The notes under the pieces: generated by a model
What the model was told of the DNA's origin: nothing
Databases searched by the model: none
The model's input: the letters and a program-made list of their open reading frames with translations, nothing else
In this document: positions 9,105 to 17,764 of the stretch, piece by piece
Layout: every line of letters starts with the position of its first letter
Numbering within the stretch: the first letter of the stretch is position 1
Made by a program: the position numbers and the translations under genes
Assembly: GCA_965224245.1 (NCBI GenBank)
Contig: OZ245046.1
Location: forward strand, 480,001-544,000
Length of the DNA: 64,000 nucleotides
Origin: Candidatus Eiseniibacteriota bacterium
Lineage (GTDB): Bacteria > Eisenbacteria > RBG-16-71-46 > CAZAMP01
Direction of reading: 5' to 3'

Positions 9105-10344
9105 TTGCGCACCCCGACCGGCGACGACCGCCCCGAGGCGACCCGCGCGGTTTCCGCTGGGCGTTCTCGTGGGTCTGGTCGTGGGCGTTCTCGTGACGGG
9201 GGCGACGGGGCCGTGCTCACGGACCACCACCACCGACGTCGGCGCGATGGCGAAGGACGAGTTCCTGGATGAGACGATCGTGGCCAAGGTCGGCAACTAC
9301 ACGATCACCGCTCGTGACCTCGACGACCGCATCCGGTTCCAGTTTCCGGACCTCGCGGACGCGTTCAGCGCAGCGAACGAGCGATCCATCCGGGAAGTCC
9401 TGGGGCTGGACATCGAGCACCTCGTTCTGGTCTCCGAGGCCGAGCGCTCGGGATACGCGGACTCGAGCTACCGGTACTACCAGGCAGCCGAGCTCTCCCG
9501 GCGGTTTCAGCTTCAGACGCTGTACACGCAAGAGGTGATCCACAAGCTGGCCGAGCCCGACGAGGAGCGCGTCCGCGCCGAGTACGACAACATGAGGCAG
9601 TCGTTCACGACTCCGCGCCGGTCCGCCGTGCGACACATCGAGGTGGCCACGCGCGCGGAGGCCGAGGCCGCCCGCGCCCGCATCGAGGCCGGAGAGGCCT
9701 TCGCGGACGTGGCCATGGAGCTGACGCTGCACGAGGGTTCGCGCGTGTCCGGAGGGGCGATCGGCTGGGTCGAGCGAGGCAAGCCGATCAAGGGGCTCGG
9801 TCGCAACGACGCCTTCCTCGACGCCGCCCTCGCGCTTCAGGTCGGCGAGATGGACATCGTCCAGTCTCCGCGCGGCTGGCACCTGATCACCGTGATCCGC
9901 CTCGAGGAGGCCGGCTACCTGCCGTATGAGGAGGTGCGCGACCAGATCTTCGAACGCCTGCACAACCAGTCGGCCTCCGCCGTGTTCGACAGCACCCTCC
10001 GCGCACTGCGCGTCCGGTTCGACGCCACGCTCTACGACGAGAGCCTGGCGGCGTATCTGGCCTGGCGCCGGCGCGAGCCGGAGGAAGAGCTCTTCACCCG
10101 CGCTCAGGACGAGGCCGATCCGCTCCGGAAGATCGAGATCTACCAGGAGCACATCGAGCGGTTCCCCCACAGCGATCACGCGTGCGAGTCGAAGTTCATG
10201 ATCGCGTTCACGTACGCCGAGGAATTGCATGACCGGCACAAGGCGCGGCTGGCGCTGAACGAGTTCATGGGCGGATGTGAGGACCACGAGCTGGCCGAGA
10301 GCGCGCGCTTCCTGCTCGACGAGCTCTCGCGGGCCGGCAAGTGA
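9079..10344 (+). CDS. Parvulin (PpiC)-type peptidyl-prolyl isomerase, membrane-anchored, with C-terminal TPR-like helices
   Basis: N-terminal TM; SurA/PrsA-like VAKVG; VRHIEV, GEAFADVA, GGAIGW, QSPRGWHLI. Confidence 0.8.
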   Translation: MMATPKPADCAPRPATTAPRRPARFPLGVLVGLVVGVLVTGATGPCSRTTTTDVGAMAKDEFLDETIVAKVGNYTITARDLDDRIRFQFPDLADAFSAANERSIREVLGLDIEHLVLVSEAERSGYADSSYRYYQAAELSRRFQLQTLYTQEVIHKLAEPDEERVRAEYDNMRQSFTTPRRSAVRHIEVATRAEAEAARARIEAGEAFADVAMELTLHEGSRVSGGAIGWVERGKPIKGLGRNDAFLDAALALQVGEMDIVQSPRGWHLITVIRLEEAGYLPYEEVRDQIFERLHNQSASAVFDSTLRALRVRFDATLYDESLAAYLAWRRREPEEELFTRAQDEADPLRKIEIYQEHIERFPHSDHACESKFMIAFTYAEELHDRHKARLALNEFMGGCEDHELAESARFLLDELSRAGK

Positions 10345-10399
10345 CGACCCGGGGGATGGCGCCGGGCCGGCCATCCCCCATCACCGGGACGGAGAGGCC

Positions 10400-10921
10400 A
10401 TGGTCGAAGTGACGCTGTGGCAGATGGCCATGGACGAGAAGGCGCGGATCCCGGTGGTGATCCTCCGCGAGAAGAACGGCAACGGAAAGCTCCCCATCTG
10501 GATCGGCGCCGCGGAAGCCCAGGCGATCGCGTTCGAGATGCAGGGCAAGGAGTTCCAGCGCCCCATGACGCACGACTTGACCATGACGATGCTCTGCGCC
10601 TGCGGCGCCCAGCTTCGCAAGATCGAGATCGCCGCGCTCCGGGACTCGACGTACTTCGCGAAGATCATCCTCCAGCGCGACCACGAGCTCATCTCGGTGG
10701 ACGCCCGTCCGTCGGATTCGATCGCGCTCGCGGTGCGGGCGAAGGCGCCGATCTTCGCAGCCAAGGAGCTCCTGGCCTACGACCTCGACGACGTGCTGCC
10801 CGACGGGCCGGATTCCCCGGCGCTCGGCGAGTCCACGCTTTCGCCCGAGGAGCGGGCCGAGCGACTGCGCCAGCGGATCCGCGACATGAACCCCGAGGAC
10901 TTCGGCCGCTTCTCGTTCTGA
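10400..10921 (+). CDS. Bifunctional nuclease family protein (DUF151)
   Basis: LPIWIGAAEAQAI, RPMTHDL, DARPSDSIALA. Confidence 0.92.
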   Translation: MVEVTLWQMAMDEKARIPVVILREKNGNGKLPIWIGAAEAQAIAFEMQGKEFQRPMTHDLTMTMLCACGAQLRKIEIAALRDSTYFAKIILQRDHELISVDARPSDSIALAVRAKAPIFAAKELLAYDLDDVLPDGPDSPALGESTLSPEERAERLRQRIRDMNPEDFGRFSF

Positions 10922-10926
10922 GAACC

Positions 10927-10971
10927 GGGGATCGGGCGCTCCGAATCGATGGAGCGCCTCGATCGCTCCCC
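10927..10971. terminator. GC-rich hairpin between convergent genes (possible terminator, no U tract)
   Basis: GGGGATCGGGCGCTCC...GGAGCGCCTCGATCGCTCCCC. Confidence 0.4.
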
Positions 10972-11058
10972 AGGAGCGCGTGATCGAGGGTGCCTCGTTC
11001 GTGCATTCGGCGGAACCGCCGACGGCCCGACTGGGCGTGCCCGTCCGCCGAGCCGGCG

Positions 11059-11769
11059 TCACGTGCCGAAGCTGACGCCCCCGAGCGCGAACCGGAACGG
11101 GATCTCGAGCCAGAACGAGACCGGCCGGCCGTTCTCGGTCACGGGCAAGAACTCCCACTGGCGCGTGGCCCACTCGGCGGCCTCGGCGCACGATCGCAAG
11201 CTCACGTCGTGGTCCCCGGTGCGGACGTCCTTGACGAGGCCGTCGGGACCCACGAACGCCTGCACCATGATGCGTCCCTCGATCCCCATCAGCTTCGCAT
11301 CCGGAGGGTAGGGGGGCTTCACGAACTTCAGGATCGCGAAGCGCTCGCTCTGGAGGGTGAGCCGGGCGGCGGTGCGTGACGACGGGCCCTCGCCGGTGGC
11401 GGGACCCTCGCGGGGGGTCTCGATGTCGGGGATCTCGCGCTCGGACTCGCCCTCGCGGGTGCGATCGGGCAGGTCGGGGGCGCGCAGGGTCTCCTCGAGG
11501 TCGTAGTCGACGGCCTCGAACGCCTCGGGCAGGGGGTGTCCCCCGGCGAGCAGCTCGTGGGGCGCCACGTCGTCGGTGGGCGCCTCGATGATGTCGGCGA
11601 CCTGGAGGGGACCGAACAGCCCGACGGTCTGCGGGGGCTCGCGGCTGACGTCGATCGGGATGACGAAGAGCGCGATCAGGGTGAGACCGGTGGACACCAG
11701 GAGCGCCACCCGGAAGCGGCGGTCGTAGATCCGCTGGCGCTCCCGAACGGGGATGTTCGGTCCGAACAT
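11059..11769 (-). CDS. tonB: Energy transducer TonB
   Basis: Single N-terminal TM, acidic/Pro linker, C-terminal PPYPPDAKLMGIEGRIMV..VGPDG..WEFLP..GRPV; ATG after GGAGG. Confidence 0.85.
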   Translation of the reverse strand: MFGPNIPVRERQRIYDRRFRVALLVSTGLTLIALFVIPIDVSREPPQTVGLFGPLQVADIIEAPTDDVAPHELLAGGHPLPEAFEAVDYDLEETLRAPDLPDRTREGESEREIPDIETPREGPATGEGPSSRTAARLTLQSERFAILKFVKPPYPPDAKLMGIEGRIMVQAFVGPDGLVKDVRTGDHDVSLRSCAEAAEWATRQWEFLPVTENGRPVSFWLEIPFRFALGGVSFGT

Positions 11770-11848
11770 GCCGCACCTCCCGCGCTTCCCCCCACGGCCG
11801 GAGACTAGCACGCGGAGCCGAGACGCGTCCCCGATCCGGCGGAACGGC

Positions 11849-11877
11849 TTGTAGTCCCGGGCGTTACGTCCTATCTT
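11849..11877 (+). promoter_or_regulatory. Putative sigma70 promoter for the EF-G paralogue
   Basis: TTGTAG-N17-TATCTT in the divergent intergenic region. Confidence 0.35.
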
Positions 11878-11950
11878 AATCGACCTGTCGTCTCGGATGC
11901 GTCGGTCGTCCCCGCCGCCCGCGACCCGTCCGCGCCACCTCGAGGAGCCC

Positions 11951-13990
11951 ATGGCACCGCCGAAGAACCTGGCACACGTGCGCAACATCGGGATCATCGC
12001 CCACATCGACGCCGGGAAGACCACCACGACCGAGCGCATGCTGTTCTACACCGGCGTCTCGCATGCGATGGGCACCGTGGACGACGGGAACACCGTCACC
12101 GACTGGATGGACCAGGAGAAGGAGCGCGGGATCACGATCACGTCCGCCACGATCTCCTGCACGTGGCGCGAGCACACGATCAACCTGATCGACACCCCCG
12201 GCCACGTCGACTTCACCGCCGAGGTCGAGCGGTCGCTCCGCGTGCTGGATGGGGCCGTCGTGGTGCTGGACTCGGTGGCCGGCGTGGAGCCGCAGAGTGA
12301 GACCGTCTGGAATCAGGCCCGCCGGTATCTCATTCCCCGTGTCGTGGTCGTGAACAAGATGGACCGGCTCGGGGCGGACTTCGACGCGTGCGTGTCCGAC
12401 GTGGCCGAGAAGTTCCACACCCGCGCGCTGCCCATTCAGCTTCCGATCGGCGCGGAGGATCGCTTCTGTGGGATCGTCGACCTGATCGGGAACCGGGCGC
12501 TCGTGTGGAACACCGACGCCACCGGGCGCGAGTACGACGAGACCGAGATCCCCGACACGATGGCCGAGGCCGCCGCGCGGGCCCGGGAGGCCCTGATCGA
12601 TGCGATCGCGACCGAGGACGACACGCTCGTGGAACGCTTCCTGGCCGGAGAGACGCTGGACGGGGCCGACCTGATGCCGGTGCTCCGGCGGATGGTCCTC
12701 TCGGGCGACGTGACCCCGGTGCTGTGCGCGGCGGCGCTCCGAAACCGGGGGGTTCAGCCCCTCCTCGACGCCGTCGTGGACTATCTGCCGGCCCCGAACG
12801 AGGTGCCGCCGGCGGTCGCACACGACCCAGACGGGAGCGCGGTCCCGCTGCCCTCCGACCCGGAGGGCCCCGTGGCCGCGCTCGTGTTCAAGACGTACAC
12901 GGACCAGGACCGGCGACGGCTCAACTACGTGCGCGTGTACTCGGGCACGATCGGTGCCGGCGACAAGGTCTTCAACGCGACCCAGCGCAAGGACGAGCGC
13001 GCCGCCCGGCTGTATCACATGCAGGCCGACCGCCAGAAGCGGCTGGAGGCGCTCTCGGCCGGCGAGATCGGCGTGGTGATCGGGCTCAAGTTCGCCCGGA
13101 CCGGCGACACGCTGGTGGCCCAGGGGCAGGATCTGCTCCTGGAGGGGATGTCGTTCCCCGAACCGGTCGTCTCGAGCGCGCTCGAGGCCCAGACGGCCGC
13201 CGACGAGGACAAGATCCAGTCGGCGCTCGAGATGCTCGCGAACGACGACCCGACGTTCGCGGTGAAGCAGGACGAATCCACCGGGCAGCGGATCATCTCG
13301 GGCATGGGGGAGCTGCATCTGGAGGTGCTCTCCGACCGGCTCGCGCGGGAGTTCGGGCTCAGGGTGCGACTGGGGCGTCCACAGGTGGAGCTGCGCGAGA
13401 CGATCACCGCGAGCGGCAGGGCCGAGTGCACGTTCGATCGGGTGATGGGCGGCAAGCAGCACGTCGCGGCGGTCACCGTCACGCTGGAGCCGCTCGCGGC
13501 CGGATCCGGGAATCGCTTCGACGTCGGCCTTCCCGAGGGGCAGACGCCGCCGCCGGTGTATCTCGACGTCGTGTGCCGGTCGGCGATGAGCGCGCTGGAC
13601 GCCGGCGTCGTGGGCGGGTACCGCGTCATCGACATCGCCGTCACGCTCGACGCCATGCGGGTCAGCGACGAGCATGCGTCCGAGCTGGCCTTCGGCGCGG
13701 CCGCCCGCGGTGCGGTCAAGGACGCCCTCGTGGCCGGCTCACCGGTCTTGCTCGAGCCCATCATGCGCCTCGAGATCGTGGCACCCAAGGAGTTCACCGG
13801 CAACATCCTCGCCGGGCTCCAGAGCCGGGACGGCAAGGTGGACGGCACCGCGATCCGGGGTGCGCTCCAGACCGTCTCCGCGCGCGTGCCGCTCCAGCGG
13901 ATGTTCGGCTACACCACCGAGCTCCGCTCGCTCACGCAGGGCCGGGGATCGTACTCGATGCAGTTCGACCGGTTCGATCGGACGCGGTGA
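11951..13990 (+). CDS. fusA: Elongation factor G paralogue (stand-alone, divergent domain IV)
   Basis: AHIDAGKTT, EKERGITI, DTPGHVDF, NKMD, GMGELHL, LLEPIM, LRSLTQGRG; no rpsL/rpsG/tuf neighbours. Confidence 0.92.
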   Translation: MAPPKNLAHVRNIGIIAHIDAGKTTTTERMLFYTGVSHAMGTVDDGNTVTDWMDQEKERGITITSATISCTWREHTINLIDTPGHVDFTAEVERSLRVLDGAVVVLDSVAGVEPQSETVWNQARRYLIPRVVVVNKMDRLGADFDACVSDVAEKFHTRALPIQLPIGAEDRFCGIVDLIGNRALVWNTDATGREYDETEIPDTMAEAAARAREALIDAIATEDDTLVERFLAGETLDGADLMPVLRRMVLSGDVTPVLCAAALRNRGVQPLLDAVVDYLPAPNEVPPAVAHDPDGSAVPLPSDPEGPVAALVFKTYTDQDRRRLNYVRVYSGTIGAGDKVFNATQRKDERAARLYHMQADRQKRLEALSAGEIGVVIGLKFARTGDTLVAQGQDLLLEGMSFPEPVVSSALEAQTAADEDKIQSALEMLANDDPTFAVKQDESTGQRIISGMGELHLEVLSDRLAREFGLRVRLGRPQVELRETITASGRAECTFDRVMGGKQHVAAVTVTLEPLAAGSGNRFDVGLPEGQTPPPVYLDVVCRSAMSALDAGVVGGYRVIDIAVTLDAMRVSDEHASELAFGAAARGAVKDALVAGSPVLLEPIMRLEIVAPKEFTGNILAGLQSRDGKVDGTAIRGALQTVSARVPLQRMFGYTTELRSLTQGRGSYSMQFDRFDRTR

Positions 13991-14063
13991 CCGCCCGCAC
14001 GCGGAATCGGCGCATGGGCTGGATTCTCGCGCGTTTGCGGACGCGCGGGCCGCGAGTTATCGC

Positions 14064-14093
14064 TTGACCGTCACGAGATCCACCCGCTAGCTT
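14064..14093 (+). promoter_or_regulatory. Putative sigma70 promoter of selA (likely leaderless transcript)
   Basis: TTGACC-N18-TAGCTT ending 8 nt before the ATG; no SD sequence. Confidence 0.55.
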
Positions 14094-14101
14094 GCGATCA
14101 T

Positions 14102-15520
14102 ATGTCCAATCCAACGCACCAGGCGTTTCGCTCGATCCCGTCGGTCGAGTCGATCGCGCAGGATCCGGCCATCGCCGACGTTGCGGGCGCCCTCCCGCAC
14201 CCCCTCGTCACGGAGATCGTCCGAGACGTGCTGACCCGGGTGCGCTCGGAGGTGCGATCCACCGGACGCCCGGTGGACCGGCGCCGTGTGATCGCCGATG
14301 TGGACGCGCGTCTGCGGCTACACCTGGCGGGCCGGCCGGCCCGGGTCATCAACGCGACCGGCATCATCGTGCACACCAATCTGGGACGCTCGGTGCTGGG
14401 GCCGAGGGTAGCGGCCGCGCTGTCCGACGTGGCGATGGGCTACTCCGATCTCGAGCTGGACGTGCTGTCCGGCGCGCGCGGCAAGCGCGAGGCCCAGATC
14501 GATGCGCTGATGCGGGCGGCCACCGGCGCCGAGGCGGCGCTCGTCGTGAACAACTGCGCGGCGGCGGTGCTGCTGGCGCTGGATACGTTCGCGAAGGGGC
14601 GCGAGGTGATCGTCAGCCGGGGCGAGCAGGTCGAGATCGGCGGGGCGTTCCGGATGCCCGAGGTCGTCGCCCGGAGCGGCGCCCGCATGGTCGAGGTGGG
14701 CACGACGAACAAGACGCGCCTCGGCGACTACGCGGCGGCGCTCACGCCCGGGACGGCGGTGCTCCTGAAGGTGCACGCGTCCAACTTCCGCGTGGTCGGC
14801 TTCACCGAGTCCGCCGAGCTGGCCGAGCTGGTCGGGCTCGCGGACGAGCACGGGATCCTCGTGGTCCACGATCTCGGAAGCGGGGCCCCCGGCGTCGACG
14901 CCACCGCGCACCCGGGCGGAGAGCCGACTCTCAGGGAGATGGTCCGCGCCGGCGTCCACGTGGTGTGCGCGTCCGGCGACAAGCTCCTGGGAGGACCCCA
15001 GGCCGGCCTCGTCGTGGGGCGGCGCGAGCACGTCTCGCGCATGGGGACGAACCCGCTCTACCGGGCGCTCCGGCCGGACAAGCTCACGCTGGCCGCGCTG
15101 TCCGAGGCGCTGCGCATCCACCTGGAGGGAGCCGCGCGCGCCGACCTCCCCACCGTGCGGATGCTCACGATCTCTCCGGCCGAGCTCGAGGAGCGGGCGG
15201 CCGCGCTCGCCTCGGAGCTGGCCTCCGCGCTCGGGGACGCGGCGGCCGTGAGCACGCGCGCGGGCGAGTCCGAGACCGGCGGGGGCTCGCTTCCGGCGGT
15301 GCCGCTCCCGACCACGCTGGTCGTCGTGTCACCCCGTCACGCGCCCGTGCCCGCCGTGGAGCGCGCGCTTCGGGCCGCGCACCCGCCCGTCGTCGCCCGC
15401 GTGCAGGCCGATACGTTGCTGCTGGATCCGAGGACGCTCATGGATGGGGATCATGCGCCGCTGGTCGCGCGCATGGTCGAGGCCGTGTCCGGCGCCGCCC
15501 GACCGGCGTCGGGAGGGTGA
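14102..15520 (+). CDS. selA: L-seryl-tRNA(Sec) selenium transferase
   Basis: VINATGIIVHTNLGR, VSRGEQVEIGGAFR, EVGTTN, KVHASNF, PLP lysine in SGDKLLGGPQAG. Confidence 0.96.
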   Translation: MSNPTHQAFRSIPSVESIAQDPAIADVAGALPHPLVTEIVRDVLTRVRSEVRSTGRPVDRRRVIADVDARLRLHLAGRPARVINATGIIVHTNLGRSVLGPRVAAALSDVAMGYSDLELDVLSGARGKREAQIDALMRAATGAEAALVVNNCAAAVLLALDTFAKGREVIVSRGEQVEIGGAFRMPEVVARSGARMVEVGTTNKTRLGDYAAALTPGTAVLLKVHASNFRVVGFTESAELAELVGLADEHGILVVHDLGSGAPGVDATAHPGGEPTLREMVRAGVHVVCASGDKLLGGPQAGLVVGRREHVSRMGTNPLYRALRPDKLTLAALSEALRIHLEGAARADLPTVRMLTISPAELEERAAALASELASALGDAAAVSTRAGESETGGGSLPAVPLPTTLVVVSPRHAPVPAVERALRAAHPPVVARVQADTLLLDPRTLMDGDHAPLVARMVEAVSGAARPASGG

Positions 15521-15541
15521 CAGCGTGAAGGTGGTGAGGGC

Positions 15542-17734
15542 GTGACACCGCGAACCGAGACGTTCTACAAGTACTCCGGCGAGATCGCCCAGGATCTCGA
15601 CACGCCGATTCTGGCCTCGCTCGTCGAGCCCGCGCCCGTCTGCGGACGGGACCAGTCCTCCGAGCTGGAGACGTACGCGTCGACCGACGCGCTGGCCTCG
15701 GTCACGAAGATGTTCCGGAGCGGGCTCAAGTCCGTGCACGTGGCGGGCATCTCCGGGGACGTCGCGCGGGACGCCGTGCTCCTATCGCTGGCGCGAGTCC
15801 TGGCCGAGACCGGACGCCGCGTGCTCGTGGTGGACGCCGATGCCGACGGCCCCCCGCTGGCGCAGGCCGGACATCACGGTCTCAGCGACGTCCTGGTCAG
15901 CGGGGAGCCCGTGACGAAGGTCATCGTGCCCTCGCCGGGCTATGACGGCATGATGGCCTTCCTGCCCATCGGAACCGAGCCGGCCGTGCTCGAGACGCCC
16001 GGCACCGTCGAACCGCTCGTCCGGATCTTCGAGGACCTGCGGCCGGCGTACGACGCGACGCTCGTGAGCGCGCCGTGCCTGGACCGGCGCGGCAAGGTCC
16101 ACGTGGCGGCGACCGCGACCGAGACCGTGCTCCTGGTCCTGTCGCCCACGGTCATTCCGCGCGACCGCATCCGGCGGAACTTCCTCCAGCTCTGGGGCGT
16201 CGAGTCCCCGATCCGGGGGATCGTCACGCTGGGGCTGCCGGACGTCGTGCCGCACGTGCTGTCGCGCGAAGGCGGCGCGGTGCCGGCATCCCCCGGCGCG
16301 ACCGGGCGGCCGCCGGCGGGCCCGGATGCGGCGACACCGGACCCCACGACGTCCAACGGCGATGCCGGGGGGCCGCGCGCCGACCTTCCGGACGCCGATC
16401 TCGCCGACGAGACACGGACCCATCACCCCGGTCGGCCCCGGCACGACGATCCGCCGGAAGCGGCGTCTCCGCGCCACGACGCCCCGCCGGCGGTCGCCGA
16501 CCCCGATGAGACGACCGAGCTGGTCGACGACGCGATCGACCGTCTCATCGGTGCCGACGAGACGCCCGACGACGACGAGACCACGGACGCGACCCAGCTG
16601 ACCTTCGCCGCCGCCGACGCATCCGATGCGCGACACGACGAACGCGCCGCCGACGAGACCGCCCGCGGCGGCGGACCCCGGTCCGCGGACGCGGATGCCG
16701 AGCGTGCGACCTCCGCCGACGAGCCGTCTGAGCCCGCGCCGCGACCCGACTCTCCGCGGTCCGAGCCCGCGTTCGCGTCGGCGCGGAGCGAGCCGCGTTC
16801 CGATGCGGGGGACGCGCCCGAGCCCCCGCCGTTCGGCGACGCGCCTGCCGGAGAGTCGACCGGTCAGCCGGCCGACTCCCGGGATCTCGCCTCGGTGGAG
16901 CAGCTGGCCCGCACGACGCGATACGGGACGCTCACGAGCACCCGGCGCGAGGCTCGGTCCCGGCGCCCCCTCCTGCTCTCGACGATCGGCGTGATCGTCA
17001 TCGTCGTCGTGTTTCTCGCCCTGCGTGCCGCGATCGGCGGTGACGGAGGCGGCGCGGGCACCGGCGAGACGGACGAGGCGGTGCTGACGGCCGACAGCTT
17101 CACGCCGGCATCGGCGCCGCCGGGGGAGGGTCCGTCCGGTGGTGGGTCGGCGACCGGCGTGACCGATGCCGAGGCGTCACCGCCGGCGGACGTCGGCGCG
17201 GCCGAGGGCTCCACCGGTGGGGCGTCCGCCGGACAGCGTCAGCGAGAGACGCCGTCGGGATCCGACGCGTCCCCCGCGCCGGCCACCTCCGATGCGACGC
17301 CGCAGGGACGGGCATCGACGTCGGGCACGAGCGGCGACCGCGCGACGACCTCGGCGCCGCCGGCGCGAGCCGAGACGCCGCGCGAGGCCCCGGCCCGAAA
17401 AAACCCACCGAGCACCACGCGCACGCTGGACCCGAGCATCCCGAAGATGGTAAGTCGACGGTTCGCGGGGGTGACGCCGTTCTACTCGATCCACATCACG
17501 TCGTTCCAGAGCGTGGACCGCGCGGTCGACGACGCGAAGCGGTTCGAGGCGGCGACCGGGCATCCGTCCGACTACATCGATTACACGATCGCGTCGGGCC
17601 CGTCGGCCGGCGCGTGGTATCGCGTGATCGTGGGTCGCTTCGACGATCTCGAAGAGGCGCGAGCGGCCGCCCGGAAGATCATCGCGAGCGGCATCACGCA
17701 CTACGCCCGGGTCTATGCGATCTCCGGGTCCTGA
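15542..17734 (+). CDS. Membrane protein: degenerate CpsD/CapB-like P-loop domain, acidic disordered linker, one TM, C-terminal SPOR domain
   Basis: RRVLVVDAD..GLSDVL BY-kinase-like fold lacking GKS/T; TM LLLSTIGVIVIVVVFLAL; SPOR-like YSIHITSF...WYRVIVGRF..EEARAA. Confidence 0.7.
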   Translation: MTPRTETFYKYSGEIAQDLDTPILASLVEPAPVCGRDQSSELETYASTDALASVTKMFRSGLKSVHVAGISGDVARDAVLLSLARVLAETGRRVLVVDADADGPPLAQAGHHGLSDVLVSGEPVTKVIVPSPGYDGMMAFLPIGTEPAVLETPGTVEPLVRIFEDLRPAYDATLVSAPCLDRRGKVHVAATATETVLLVLSPTVIPRDRIRRNFLQLWGVESPIRGIVTLGLPDVVPHVLSREGGAVPASPGATGRPPAGPDAATPDPTTSNGDAGGPRADLPDADLADETRTHHPGRPRHDDPPEAASPRHDAPPAVADPDETTELVDDAIDRLIGADETPDDDETTDATQLTFAAADASDARHDERAADETARGGGPRSADADAERATSADEPSEPAPRPDSPRSEPAFASARSEPRSDAGDAPEPPPFGDAPAGESTGQPADSRDLASVEQLARTTRYGTLTSTRREARSRRPLLLSTIGVIVIVVVFLALRAAIGGDGGGAGTGETDEAVLTADSFTPASAPPGEGPSGGGSATGVTDAEASPPADVGAAEGSTGGASAGQRQRETPSGSDASPAPATSDATPQGRASTSGTSGDRATTSAPPARAETPREAPARKNPPSTTRTLDPSIPKMVSRRFAGVTPFYSIHITSFQSVDRAVDDAKRFEAATGHPSDYIDYTIASGPSAGAWYRVIVGRFDDLEEARAAARKIIASGITHYARVYAISGS

Positions 17735-17764
17735 TCTCGATTTCCCTGACGAGAAGGAAAACCG

